Below, piece after piece: positions 1 to 9,068 of a DNA stretch of 64,000 bases (the first letter of the stretch is position 1; every line of letters starts with the position of its first letter). Below the pieces are notes generated by a model. That model was not told the origin of the DNA. It did no database searches and worked only from the letters and a program-made list of their open reading frames with translations. Position numbers and translations under genes: made by a program. Source of the DNA: an uncultured virus (IMG/VR IMGVR_UViG_3300028394_000067) (taxonomy: Duplodnaviria > Heunggongvirae > Uroviricota > Caudoviricetes); the IMG/VR virus record IMGVR_UViG_3300028394_000067, one strand, 5' to 3'.

Positions 1-2
1 CC

Positions 3-683
3 TCAACCGTATCCAACACACAAGGCAGCATCACTAGTCAGGTGCGGGCGAATGCAACTGCTGGGTTTAGCGTGGTTACCGCAACAAAAACTAGCGGTAC
101 GCACAGCGTCGGTCACGGATTAGGTGTAACGCCAGGCCTAATTATTGTTAAAAATAGAGCAGCAACAAGTGATTGGATTGTGGCTCACTCGGCCTTGAAT
201 ATGTCAACTCAACTCGTATACCTGAACAAGACTGATTCTGTGTTTACAAGCACTCCTCTTTGGGGTGGGGCTCCTACTTCATCGGTTTTTTATGTTGCCG
301 GGACTATGTTGGCGAGTAATGATTTTGTCGCCTACTGCTTCGCCCCAGTAGTCGGGTACAGTAATGGGTTCAGCTACACCGGAAATGGCTCGACAGATGG
401 CGTTTTTGTGTACCTTGGAATGCGTCCCAAGCTTCTATTGATCAAGCGCACAGATACAACGGGTAACTGGTATTTATGGGATACCGTCCGTAATACTTAC
501 AACGTTGTTGGAGAAGAACTGTATCCCAACTTGTCCAGCGCAGCAGCAACGGCAACTGATTTGGATATTTTGTCCAACGGATTCAAGATGCGCTCCACGG
601 CCGCAGATTTTAATGCCTCAGGCGGCACGTATGTTGGTTTTGCATGGGCTGAAAGTCCGTTTAATTACAGCCGTGCCCGCTAA
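3..683 (+). CDS. Tail fibre / receptor-binding protein C-terminal region (5' partial, continues upstream of window)
   Basis: Frame is open from position 3. Repeated beta-rich modules (GHGLGVTPGLIIVKNR, YTGNGSTDG, GMRPKLLLIKRTD, DILSNGFKMR, AESPF) are typical of freshwater phage tail-fibre C-termini. Confidence 0.7.
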   Translation, partial: STVSNTQGSITSQVRANATAGFSVVTATKTSGTHSVGHGLGVTPGLIIVKNRAATSDWIVAHSALNMSTQLVYLNKTDSVFTSTPLWGGAPTSSVFYVAGTMLASNDFVAYCFAPVVGYSNGFSYTGNGSTDGVFVYLGMRPKLLLIKRTDTTGNWYLWDTVRNTYNVVGEELYPNLSSAAATATDLDILSNGFKMRSTAADFNASGGTYVGFAWAESPFNYSRAR

Positions 684-1404
684 GGATCTCACTGGAAAGT
701 GTTTTGGCAGGCTACGTGTTTTGCATCGTGCGCCCAGTGGTCCTCGTTGGCAAACCAGATGGCACTGTGAATGTGATTGCGGCAATATAAAAGTAATGCA
801 AGCCAGCAATATGACAACAGGCAAAAGTAAGAGCTGTGGATGTGGAGCTGAAGAAACACGACGCACCAACAACGCAAAAGCAAAACTTAGCGAAGAGCAA
901 GTGCGTGAAAAGTGCAGCGAGTACGGCTTTGACTATCTGCACGGTTTTAACGGAATCCAGAAAAATGCTTGGTTCCGATGCCAAGAATGCGAACATAAAT
1001 TCTTTGTAAAAGCGGAACGCGTAATTTATGGCATTAATCAGTGCCCTAAATGCAGCATCGGCAGTCACGGATATTTGAGCAAAGAATTTTTTGATGCCCG
1101 TCCCGAGCTGCGTGATGTTCCGTGCACGGTTTATCTTTTAAAGCTGCGTGGCGAAAGTGAGGAGTTTTGGAAAATCGGTATCACTCGGCGCACGGTTGCC
1201 AAACGCATGTACCAGATTCCCTATGAACTGGTTGAAAGCGAAACGATTAAAACAACTTTCTGGAACGCCTACTTACTGGAAAAAGAGTTAAAACAGGCAA
1301 TCAAAAAATATCGCTACACTCCAGTCTTGGATTTTGGAGGCTGGACTGAGTGTTTTCAGGCCGCCCTCGTAGTGGACACGACTACGGTGCTGGGGTGCAG
1401 CTAG
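673..1404 (+). CDS. Putative homing endonuclease: N-terminal DLTG-FGRL/CxCxC module plus C-terminal GIY-YIG (T5orf172/MUG113-like) domain
   Basis: GTG start at 673 overlaps the tail-fibre stop. Motifs DLTGKCFGRLRV...CECDCG...SCGC, CxxC pairs and VYLLKL...WKIGITRR...GWTECF. Confidence 0.65.
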   Translation: MPAKDLTGKCFGRLRVLHRAPSGPRWQTRWHCECDCGNIKVMQASNMTTGKSKSCGCGAEETRRTNNAKAKLSEEQVREKCSEYGFDYLHGFNGIQKNAWFRCQECEHKFFVKAERVIYGINQCPKCSIGSHGYLSKEFFDARPELRDVPCTVYLLKLRGESEEFWKIGITRRTVAKRMYQIPYELVESETIKTTFWNAYLLEKELKQAIKKYRYTPVLDFGGWTECFQAALVVDTTTVLGCS

Positions 1405-1735
1405 GTTAACTGCATTAAACGTTTCTCGCCCGAAAGTTTGAGAACGCCCCTAAAAGCCCGGTCTCCACTTCTAACCCCATGGAAATCGACGGGTTTGCAA
1501 CCATTTTCGTAACGCCACGGATATGGTAGGGTAGCGAGTGTTCACCAAGTTGGACAGTACCTGGCGTAGTGTTCAACTTATTAAACATAATGTTCTTGCG
1601 ATCAAGATGAACCAATCACTTGTGGCATCTACCGTCATAAACTGCGTGGCGATAATTTGCTTTACGTACATTGTTACCAGGCGTTATTAGTCCTTGGCTT
1701 TCCTCCCCCGTGGAAATCGACGGATTTACTCAGGA

Positions 1736-1798
1736 GCTCCCCTCGATCCAGCGGCAGCTCCCCTCGATCCAGCGGCAGCTCCCCTCGATCCAGCGGCA
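1736..1798 (+). repeat. Perfect tandem repeat, 3 x 21 bp (GCTCCCCTCGATCCAGCGGCA)
   Basis: Copies at 1736-1756, 1757-1777 and 1778-1798. Confidence 0.95.
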
Positions 1799-1825
1799 TG
1801 CCTCTTAGTCCCGCACACTAATCAC

Positions 1826-2047
1826 ATGACTGACCTCTCCCCCGCTGCGCAGGCAGCGCTGGTTGCTTACTACTGCGACGCTCCATTGCCTGGGTCCAAG
1901 CGACTCGCCGCCGCCATTCGTGCTCTTGCCCACAACGTCCATAGCGACGAAATTGTGACCTGTGGCGGGAGTTCTTATGCCTTGGTTATCGAACGAGATG
2001 ACATCCTCGCCATCGCCACTGAACTGGAGGCATTGCCCAATGACTGA
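1826..2047 (+). CDS. Small cyanophage-type hypothetical protein (MTDLSPAAQAAL...)
   Basis: ATG at 1826 within ORF 1694..2047. The sequence resembles small accessory genes common in cyanophages. Confidence 0.65.
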   Translation: MTDLSPAAQAALVAYYCDAPLPGSKRLAAAIRALAHNVHSDEIVTCGGSSYALVIERDDILAIATELEALPND

Positions 2048-2177
2048 CTTCCGCGCTCTGTGCGCTGAGCTACTGGAATGGGCTGAGCAGACCAGCGCCC
2101 ACTACGTTGTGCATCCTGATGTGATCCTCCGCGCCCGCGCCGCCCTGGCTGGCCGGGCTGGTCAAGCACGTCGCTGA
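2040..2177 (+). CDS. Small cyanophage-type hypothetical protein (MTDFRALCAELL...), 3' end possibly a recombination junction
   Basis: ATG at 2040 overlaps the previous stop. MTDFRALCAEL...RARAALA signature. Confidence 0.55.
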   Translation: MTDFRALCAELLEWAEQTSAHYVVHPDVILRARAALAGRAGQARR

Positions 2178-2328
2178 AAAGGTTGAAGGCGTCACTGTCG
2201 AAACCAAAGAAGGCGGCAGCATCAAAATGAGCGGTAACGTCAAGATCCAGATGTCGGATGGCGCCATCAAGTTTGGCTAACTCATTTCTGGGGTGCTATC
2301 ACCCCCAACTTGAGTAGTCAACGCCACT

Positions 2329-2553
2329 TCACTGGTAACCTTCCACCCCTATCTGACCTTGAGGGAAATAACCATATTCTGGAATGCCTATTGGCACAGA
2401 GCTTCTGGGGAAGTCGGAATACCCAGGATTACTAAGCCGGTAGTAGGTGTGATCTCCCCATTTAGATCGTTCGTCTCCATCTGAAATTAAAGGAATACCG
2501 AGTAAACTACCAGCTAATCTAAAATTTCTTATGTTTGGTAGATCAGAATTCAT
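2329..2553 (-). CDS. Hypothetical protein
   Basis: 74-aa ORF with a TAGACT -10-like hexamer upstream (2590-2595). Carries the RLAGSLLG motif. Confidence 0.55.
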   Translation of the reverse strand: MNSDLPNIRNFRLAGSLLGIPLISDGDERSKWGDHTYYRLSNPGYSDFPRSSVPIGIPEYGYFPQGQIGVEGYQ

Positions 2554-2743
2554 TTTAATTTTTGACTAAAAAAACTTCTTTCTAAGAGCAGTCTAACAAA
2601 ACCCAGTGTGGGTTTGTTCGAAAGAATCGCTTATATAAACGACAGATTAGGTTATTAGTCCGGTCAACTTCTAAGTTATTGCAAACTTGAAGTTAGTTTA
2701 TCTCAAAAGTGTATAATGTTTTTAGAGCTTTTAATTTTGTTAG

Positions 2744-2965
2744 ATGCTAACCCGAGATATTTACTCAGAACCTAGAGATTTTATGGAGGATTACCTTTCT
2801 CAGTTAACCCCCCGTGTGGTTCGTAATGTGTACACAATGAACGAACAACCACCCCACATATTAACTCGTACCGATATACAAAACATGTGGGATGACTATA
2901 ACAATGTTCGAACCCACCCTACTGAAACGCTCTTAGACGTTTTTGGTCCGCTGCTTAAGAGGTAA
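2744..2965 (+). CDS. Hypothetical protein
   Basis: 73-aa ORF with TATAAT upstream (2713-2718). Confidence 0.55.
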   Translation: MLTRDIYSEPRDFMEDYLSQLTPRVVRNVYTMNEQPPHILTRTDIQNMWDDYNNVRTHPTETLLDVFGPLLKR

Positions 2966-2999
2966 CATTTAATTTCCTTGCTCCCTTGAACAGCAAACC

Positions 3000-3251
3000 A
3001 TGACTGACCCTACTCCAGTAGCAACTATTCTTACAGTTTCTATCCATCGCACAGATACGAACCCTGTTCATGGCCGTGGGGTTTTACAAATTTCTATTGA
3101 CGACGAAGGTGCAGGAGGTTTTGTAAAGATTTGTGAATTAGGCGATGATCTAGACCATTACGTACGCATAGACGCTGATGAACTAGATTTGGTTTTCCAG
3201 GAAGCCAAAAAGCTTCTTGCTCAGAAAACACTGTGTCCTTTTAGGGATTAG
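3000..3251 (+). CDS. Hypothetical protein (DDEGAGGF motif)
   Basis: 83-aa ORF resembling small phage proteins with an IDDEGGG motif. Confidence 0.6.
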   Translation: MTDPTPVATILTVSIHRTDTNPVHGRGVLQISIDDEGAGGFVKICELGDDLDHYVRIDADELDLVFQEAKKLLAQKTLCPFRD

Positions 3252-3345
3252 TCAAGAACACTCGTGTTTAGTTTGTTAAAAATTGTTCAAAAAAAACTAA
3301 GAAGTAAAAACTGCTAATATGTAAGAAAAACAAAGAGTTTTTTAT

Positions 3346-4215
3346 ATGGCGTCACGAGATTACTTTCCTTATTATGTTGAGGACACATCTAATTCTTTAA
3401 AACCCACTGTATATCCTAGAGTTCTTGAGCCCTATGAAAGAGGTGACGTAGGACCAAACTTTGGTGCTTTCGATGCCTCTACAAACAAATATGAATTTAC
3501 ACCAGAAGGAGAGTTATATAAAAATTATTTTAAAGAGAATACAGGACGTGATTTAGTTATAAAACCTTTTTTTCCGGGAAGTTCTGAAGTAGCAACTGGA
3601 TATTTTTATTCTAAAGGGCCAGGAGGTTCAACCGATCCAAAGGAACGTATTATTTATATGAGTAAAGAAGAAGAGGGGAATCCTTTTATAATTGCACACG
3701 AAGGAGCCCATGCAAAAGATCCTAATTTAGCAAACCCAAGAAAACAATATTCTCCTGAAGCAAGAGATCCTGTAGGTTTTTTAAGAAATTATATAAATAA
3801 TGAGTTTAGGAGTCGCCCTACTATGATTGCCGAAACCGAAGCGCAGAGAGGAGCTGTGGAGCAACTTCAGGGTATAGGAGTCCCTACTGGAGCGGATCAA
3901 GGTGACCCGTGGTTCAAGGGTTATCCTGCTAGTTTTATAGATAAAGGCTTAACTAGAGCTAAACAGATTATTACTGCACCTATAATACCTGACGCTCTAG
4001 GACCGGAAGCCTACGAATACTTTGCAAAAAATAAACAAATACCTGCTTCTTTTGTTCCTTATGAGCCAACCTATCCTGTCCACCGTGAGTTTGAGTTTAG
4101 TCCGAGACTCGCACAAAACCTCTTAGATCTATCCTTAAACTCCGCTTATAGAGATGAGGAACAACGAGTTCGTGATAATACCAGAGATTATATAGATTCC
4201 CGTTTAGGTTATTAA
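3346..4215 (+). CDS. Hypothetical protein with HExxH zincin-like motif
   Basis: IIAHEGAHAKD followed downstream by ETEAQ (possible third ligand). Confidence 0.55.
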   Translation: MASRDYFPYYVEDTSNSLKPTVYPRVLEPYERGDVGPNFGAFDASTNKYEFTPEGELYKNYFKENTGRDLVIKPFFPGSSEVATGYFYSKGPGGSTDPKERIIYMSKEEEGNPFIIAHEGAHAKDPNLANPRKQYSPEARDPVGFLRNYINNEFRSRPTMIAETEAQRGAVEQLQGIGVPTGADQGDPWFKGYPASFIDKGLTRAKQIITAPIIPDALGPEAYEYFAKNKQIPASFVPYEPTYPVHREFEFSPRLAQNLLDLSLNSAYRDEEQRVRDNTRDYIDSRLGY

Positions 4216-4316
4216 TTAACTGCGCATTTAAAAAACATTCACTAATTTTTTACAGAAATGTAAGATAATTTTGAGTTACATTTCTTGCTAAAATATATTT
4301 AGCCGCACTCACACTT

Positions 4317-4685
4317 GTGAGCGAACGGGATCTGATTTTCAACCTATCCTGTCTTCAAAAGAAGTGTGCGCGAAAAACATTTAGAAAACAAATACTTGAT
4401 GGATGGGGGTGCTGTGCTTATTGCGGCAAATTAAATCCAGCTACTCTAGATCATGTCATTCCGAGATCTGCAGGAGGACCGACCACTAAAAACAACCTGG
4501 TAGCCGCTTGTGGCGACTGTAATATTCTTAAAGGTTCTGAAAATTGGTATATATGGTTTAGATCTCAATCCTTTTGGACGGAAGAAAAAGAAACTTTAAT
4601 TCTTCACTGGTTACACCAAGATGAATTCAACTCTAGTGAGTTAACACTAGCTTCTACTGTTCCTAGTTTAATCGAAGCCGCCTAA
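4317..4685 (+). CDS. HNH endonuclease
   Basis: CAYCG...TLDHVIPRSAGG...NLVAACGDCNILKG. Confidence 0.9.
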   Translation: MSERDLIFNLSCLQKKCARKTFRKQILDGWGCCAYCGKLNPATLDHVIPRSAGGPTTKNNLVAACGDCNILKGSENWYIWFRSQSFWTEEKETLILHWLHQDEFNSSELTLASTVPSLIEAA

Positions 4686-4865
4686 CTATTTCTTAACCAA
4701 CTTTGTGAAGATTCCAGCCAAAAGTTCAACAGCTCTGTAAACTTTACCGTACACTGCGTCGTCTTTTGGTGTAGGTGTCAAGTTAACAATAGCCAGAGCC
4801 AGCACGTGGACGGCAGCAGCAACTCCTACGAGTTCAGTCCAATTTTGTGTGAGGTGGTTTAACAT
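4686..4865 (-). CDS. Small membrane protein, holin-like (59 aa; not in ORF track)
   Basis: Translated by hand: MLNHLTQNWTELVGVAAAVHVLALAIVNLTPTPKDDAVYGKVYRAVELLAGIFTKLVKK. One TM helix plus TPTPKDD; TATAAT upstream. Confidence 0.65.
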   Translation of the reverse strand: MLNHLTQNWTELVGVAAAVHVLALAIVNLTPTPKDDAVYGKVYRAVELLAGIFTKLVKK

Positions 4866-4937
4866 TTTCTTGGCAAGATCTATTAAAATTATAGTAGCAC
4901 TTGCTAAATTACGCTAGAACACACGGAGATATTTTAC

Positions 4938-5162
4938 ATGGCTGAAATTGCAAAAAAGAGAGACCCTGAAAAGTGGGCCCGAGCAAAGGCTAAGGCGAGG
5001 AAGCGTATGGGTGGCCACAGTGCTAGAGCAATGCAGTTGGCTACAAAGTACTACAAAGAAATGGGTGGCAGCTATGAAGGAAAGAAATCGTCTGAAAATC
5101 GTTTAAGTAAATGGGGTAAAGAAGACTGGGGCACACGAGAAGAGTACGAAAAAAAGAAATAG
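4938..5162 (+). CDS. Small basic protein (N-terminal half of a DUF5872-like family)
   Basis: HSARAMQLATKYYKEMGGSY...LSKWGKEDW. Confidence 0.6.
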   Translation: MAEIAKKRDPEKWARAKAKARKRMGGHSARAMQLATKYYKEMGGSYEGKKSSENRLSKWGKEDWGTREEYEKKK

Positions 5163-5195
5163 TGCACGATAATACAACAAAAGAGTTCTTAAATC

Positions 5196-5408
5196 ATGGC
5201 TGATCTAGCTCGCGAAAAAGGTCGCACTGAAAGGTATTTACCTCGGGCCGCTTGGGCAAATATGTCTCCTGAAGAACGTCGTGCAACAGACGATAAGAAA
5301 AAAGCTGCCACGCGTGGTAAACCAGTTAACACTCAGATAGAAAACACTGAAGCTGCTAAAAGAGCAAGTGCTAAGGCTCGGGCTTATCGTGCATCCAAGG
5401 GGAAGTAA
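5196..5408 (+). CDS. Small basic protein (C-terminal half of a DUF5872-like family)
   Basis: ERYLPRAAWANMSPEERRATDDKK. Confidence 0.6.
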   Translation: MADLAREKGRTERYLPRAAWANMSPEERRATDDKKKAATRGKPVNTQIENTEAAKRASAKARAYRASKGK

Positions 5409-5706
5409 GTCTCATTTCGCCTCCTAATAGATCCTGAGCGTTAGAACCGTCTGGAGGTGATTCGTTATATATAGGTTCCATAAGTTTTTGTTCTTCCTCT
5501 TTCCATTTTTTCTGCACTTCTGCTGTCTCTTTATCTAGTTCCTCCAGAAAAAGTAAGACTCTAAATTCTGTCCAATCGTCCTGACAGTTATCTTTAATTC
5601 TTTGTATAAGTTTATTTCTGGTTAAACCTGAAAAAATTTGTTCTAAGAAGATAATAACTTCATAAATTAAGGCATTCACTCGGTTGTAGTTCTTTTTGTT
5701 TTCCAT
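5371..5706 (-). CDS. Hypothetical protein
   Basis: 111-aa ORF; C-terminal PPDGS...LGGEMRL motif. Confidence 0.6.
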   Translation of the reverse strand: MENKKNYNRVNALIYEVIIFLEQIFSGLTRNKLIQRIKDNCQDDWTEFRVLLFLEELDKETAEVQKKWKEEEQKLMEPIYNESPPDGSNAQDLLGGEMRLTSPWMHDKPEP

Positions 5707-5741
5707 GGTTTAGAATCTTACTAAACAGGTGGGTTTTTAAA

Positions 5742-6140
5742 ATGGCTGAAGTAACGTTCAACCGTGAGATTGGAGCTGCTCCCGAAGGTATTACCCGTTT
5801 TGGTCAGGTCCGAACTAGTAACGGATCTAATGTCACTATAAACAATTATCGGTCTTTTGCGGGGGATGGTTCTTTTCCTTTAGCTGATGTTTATCAAATT
5901 ACTTACGGAACCACAGGAACAGCTACCGTTACTTTGACAGCCGAAGCTTTTGCTGTGCGTGGTGTGCGTGTTCTTAGAGCAAATGGAACTGTAGCTGGTG
6001 AGGCTGTAGCTCCTAAAATTACCCGTAGAGCTGCCTCTAGTTTTACCTATTCAGTAACTAATAACGAGACAGCTACTGTGTACGTGGATCGTAGCGATCG
6101 TAGTGCTACAGAGTATCGGGTAACTATAAATGCCGCGTAA
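5742..6140 (+). CDS. Putative virion structural protein (beta-rich)
   Basis: 132 aa, T/A/V-rich composition, TAGAAT upstream. Confidence 0.5.
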   Translation: MAEVTFNREIGAAPEGITRFGQVRTSNGSNVTINNYRSFAGDGSFPLADVYQITYGTTGTATVTLTAEAFAVRGVRVLRANGTVAGEAVAPKITRRAASSFTYSVTNNETATVYVDRSDRSATEYRVTINAA

Positions 6141-6233
6141 CATTTATTTTCTGTTTTTTATCTGTAGTTAACCAAAAGAACCTTTCTTTTTTGTCGGTTC
6201 TTTGCAAGAGTACCTAAAGCTTGTTCGTTGGCC

Positions 6234-7469
6234 ATGCGGTTATCTTCAAAAGGACTCGATTTAATTAAAGAATTTGAAGGCCTGGAGCTAAAGGCTTATC
6301 GGTGTCCTGCGAACATATTAACAATTGGTTACGGCCACACAGGTTCTGATGTTAAGGAAGATTTAACTATTACAGAGGAACAAGCTAACCGTTATTTAAT
6401 GAGTGATACTGAAAGTGCTCAGCAGTGTGTAAGTTCTTTTGTTGTAACAAAACTCAATCAGAATGAATATGACGCTTTAGTTTCGTTCACTTTTAATGTA
6501 GGTCCGACAGCATTTATAAACTCAACTTTATTAAAATTACTGAACGAGGGAGTGACTCGAGTAGTTGTCGCTGCTGAATTTTTACGCTGGGTAAAAGCCG
6601 GTGGCGAAGAGGCGTCTCCCGGATTAGTACGTCGTCGTGAGGCCGAGCGTAAATTGTTTCTAGAAAAAGTTAAACATCCTTTGCTGTCAAAATCAATTTT
6701 AGCTAGACAAGATACTTGGTTAAAACGTCGTCCGATAGCGAGCAATGAGCTAAAACCCGAAGAAAAACTGTTTGTACCGAAAGATTCAGCGTGGCAGTGG
6801 ACCGAACTAAGGATGTATGCAGGTGAAAATCATCAAAAAGTCTTTCTTACAGCCGAGCCCGCAGGTGATTGGTGGATTTTTCCCGACCACTGGAAAATTA
6901 TTAACGATGTAGAAAAAGATGTTGTAAAGAAACCGACTGCTGAAATTAGGTTAGCGGTGCCTTACTACTCGCAACGTGACAACTATAAAGACCCTATGCG
7001 CACATGCTACTCAAGTAGCTGTGCCATGATGTTGAGTGGTTTAGATCCTGAGGCTATAAATATAGATGACGAGTATATAAAAGTTGTATACAGCTATGGG
7101 GACACCACCGAAGCTTCGTCGCAGCTCAAAGCTCTTAAAGATTTTGGAATTTCGGCCTCTTTTGTTCAAACTGGGACGTGGAGTGATATTGAATCTTTGC
7201 TACAAAAAGGCATTCCTGTTCCCATAGGTATTCTTCATAAAGGTCCTGTCACCGCACCAACGGGAGGAGGTCACTGGATTTGTTGTATAGGCGTAACTGC
7301 CGATAGAAAAAATATTATTGTTCACGATCCGTTCGGGGATTTAGATCTTGTCTCGGGAGGCTATATCTCCAGTGATGGCAAGAGTAAGTTGTATTCCAAG
7401 AAGAATCTCGGCCCCCGGTGGATGGTCACTGGTGATAAGAGTGGTTGGTATATCAAGGGGTCCAAATAA
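6234..7469 (+). CDS. Endolysin: GH24 lysozyme plus C-terminal C39-like cysteine peptidase
   Basis: IKEFEGLELKAYRCPA..TIGYGHTG, GLVRRREAER; VPYYSQRDN...TCYSSSCAM...GGGHW...HDPFG. Confidence 0.9.
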   Translation: MRLSSKGLDLIKEFEGLELKAYRCPANILTIGYGHTGSDVKEDLTITEEQANRYLMSDTESAQQCVSSFVVTKLNQNEYDALVSFTFNVGPTAFINSTLLKLLNEGVTRVVVAAEFLRWVKAGGEEASPGLVRRREAERKLFLEKVKHPLLSKSILARQDTWLKRRPIASNELKPEEKLFVPKDSAWQWTELRMYAGENHQKVFLTAEPAGDWWIFPDHWKIINDVEKDVVKKPTAEIRLAVPYYSQRDNYKDPMRTCYSSSCAMMLSGLDPEAINIDDEYIKVVYSYGDTTEASSQLKALKDFGISASFVQTGTWSDIESLLQKGIPVPIGILHKGPVTAPTGGGHWICCIGVTADRKNIIVHDPFGDLDLVSGGYISSDGKSKLYSKKNLGPRWMVTGDKSGWYIKGSK

Positions 7470-7702
7470 TGGCTAGAGATTACGCCAAGGAATATAGAGA
7501 GCACGGAGGTACGGAGGAGCAGAAGAAACGTCGTGCCGCACGAAATAAAGCTCGTCGATACATGGAAAAAAATGGTCGCGTACATAAAGGTGATGGTAAG
7601 GAGGTAGATCATAAAAACTTCAACCCCGAGGACAACAGCCCTTCAAATCTTCGTGTAGTGTCTGAAAAAACTAACCGCGAGAAACAGCCCAAACGGAGTT
7701 AG
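7469..7702 (+). CDS. Small HNH endonuclease
   Basis: MARDYAKEY...GDGKEVDHK...SNLRVVS..TNR. Confidence 0.8.
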   Translation: MARDYAKEYREHGGTEEQKKRRAARNKARRYMEKNGRVHKGDGKEVDHKNFNPEDNSPSNLRVVSEKTNREKQPKRS

Positions 7703-7711
7703 ACTAGAAAA

Positions 7712-8236
7712 ATGGAAAAGCACAACTTCATGCAACGTCCGGGCGGTCTCGGCCCGATGGCTGAGCGAGTTAAGCCTATTGGTACGCTTGCGACTGAAAA
7801 GCCTTCTATGTATGCCAATACGGCTGAAGCAATTGAAGCTCGACGGGCTATAACAATTGATGACATGAATCGGATCTATACCCAGTATCGTCGTGACCGT
7901 GGTGAGTATGCTCGCGAACCTATTGGTCCTATTCAATACGGTGAAGGAAATATTGTTGAGAGTGCAGAGTTAACTGGACTAGCAGGGTATAACCACAAGG
8001 ATTCTCTGAAGATGCCTATGCGGGCGCTTGATATGAGTAAAGCTCAGTACTTGGTGGATACACAAAATACTATGACTCCTGATATGAGAGCAAAGTTACA
8101 AATCCTGACCGCATCACCTGACCAAACGTTTTTAAATGTACCTGATCAAGCGTACGCTTCGTATCCTCAAAGTTATAGGACGGCTGGGTCTTTGCCTATG
8201 CAAATGCCTTTAAATATGCCCAGGGTTAAAAAATAA
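7712..8236 (+). CDS. Hypothetical protein
   Basis: 174-aa ORF with TAGACT upstream. Confidence 0.7.
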   Translation: MEKHNFMQRPGGLGPMAERVKPIGTLATEKPSMYANTAEAIEARRAITIDDMNRIYTQYRRDRGEYAREPIGPIQYGEGNIVESAELTGLAGYNHKDSLKMPMRALDMSKAQYLVDTQNTMTPDMRAKLQILTASPDQTFLNVPDQAYASYPQSYRTAGSLPMQMPLNMPRVKK

Positions 8237-8376
8237 TGATGACTAACGGCGGTGAACCTATTCGTATGGCAGGGATGCGTCTCGGGCTGGGCCCAGCTGA
8301 CGTTGCTAGGTTGGTGTCAAACCCAACTGAACTCACTGCTAGATTAAGGTACCAACAAGCGTTCCCCCGTAGCTAG
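8236..8376 (+). CDS. Small hypothetical protein (46 aa; not in ORF track)
   Basis: MMTNGGEPIRMAGMRLGLGPADVARLVSNPTELTARLRYQQAFPRS. Start and stop overlap both neighbours. Confidence 0.6.
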   Translation: MMTNGGEPIRMAGMRLGLGPADVARLVSNPTELTARLRYQQAFPRS

Positions 8377-9068
8377 TGAAGCTTCATTCGGCTGAGCTCA
8401 ATTGGATCACACCAAAATCTGAAAAAACTATTGCTCGTCACGCACGAGTATCAACCAAAGATCCAGAGAGAGAAGAATTTACTAGACTCTTAAGTTTTTG
8501 TGTTCGGCATGGGCATTGGAGTGTATTTGAACAAGCTTCGGCATCTTTCGAAATAGCTACAACTCGGGCGATCTCGCCGCAACTATTACGTCATCGCAGT
8601 TTTACCTTTCAAGAGTTATCGCAAAGATATTCAGACCCAAGTGAGGTTTTACCTGATGTAAAAGACGAGTTTAAATTTGATCTGCGACTACAAGCGGAGA
8701 CTAACCGACAGAGCAGCGCAGAAGAGATATCAGGAGATCTACGAAACTATTTTTGGGAGAAACTTAAGTTTATTGATCAAGATATTAAAAGTGTATACCG
8801 CGAGATGCTTGAGCTTGGAATAGCAAAAGAGTGTGCACGAAATGTTTTACCAGAGTACACAACAACAAGAGTGCATATGAGTGGCACAATAAGATCTTTT
8901 ATTCATTACGTTGGCCTGCGTGGCAAAGAAAATACTCAACTAGAGCATCGGAATATAGCCCACAGCATCGGACGTATTTTAAAAAAAGAACTTCCTATTG
9001 TTTACAAAGCAATTAAAACCGTTGACGATCCTTCTTTAGCAGGTTGGAACTTTGGTGAGTCTACCTAG
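8376..9068 (+). CDS. thyX: FAD-dependent thymidylate synthase ThyX
   Basis: HGHWSVFEQ, QLLRHRSFTFQELSQRY (ThyX motif), ECARNVLP, TQLEHR. Confidence 0.95.
   Translation: MKLHSAELNWITPKSEKTIARHARVSTKDPEREEFTRLLSFCVRHGHWSVFEQASASFEIATTRAISPQLLRHRSFTFQELSQRYSDPSEVLPDVKDEFKFDLRLQAETNRQSSAEEISGDLRNYFWEKLKFIDQDIKSVYREMLELGIAKECARNVLPEYTTTRVHMSGTIRSFIHYVGLRGKENTQLEHRNIAHSIGRILKKELPIVYKAIKTVDDPSLAGWNFGEST

Noticed and set aside
1..1615. Diversity-generating retroelement or invertible tail-fibre tip (minus ORF ends FSNFRAR vs tail fibre FNYSRAR)
   Set aside because: No reverse transcriptase, TR/VR pair or invertase is visible, and the similarity is only a few residues.
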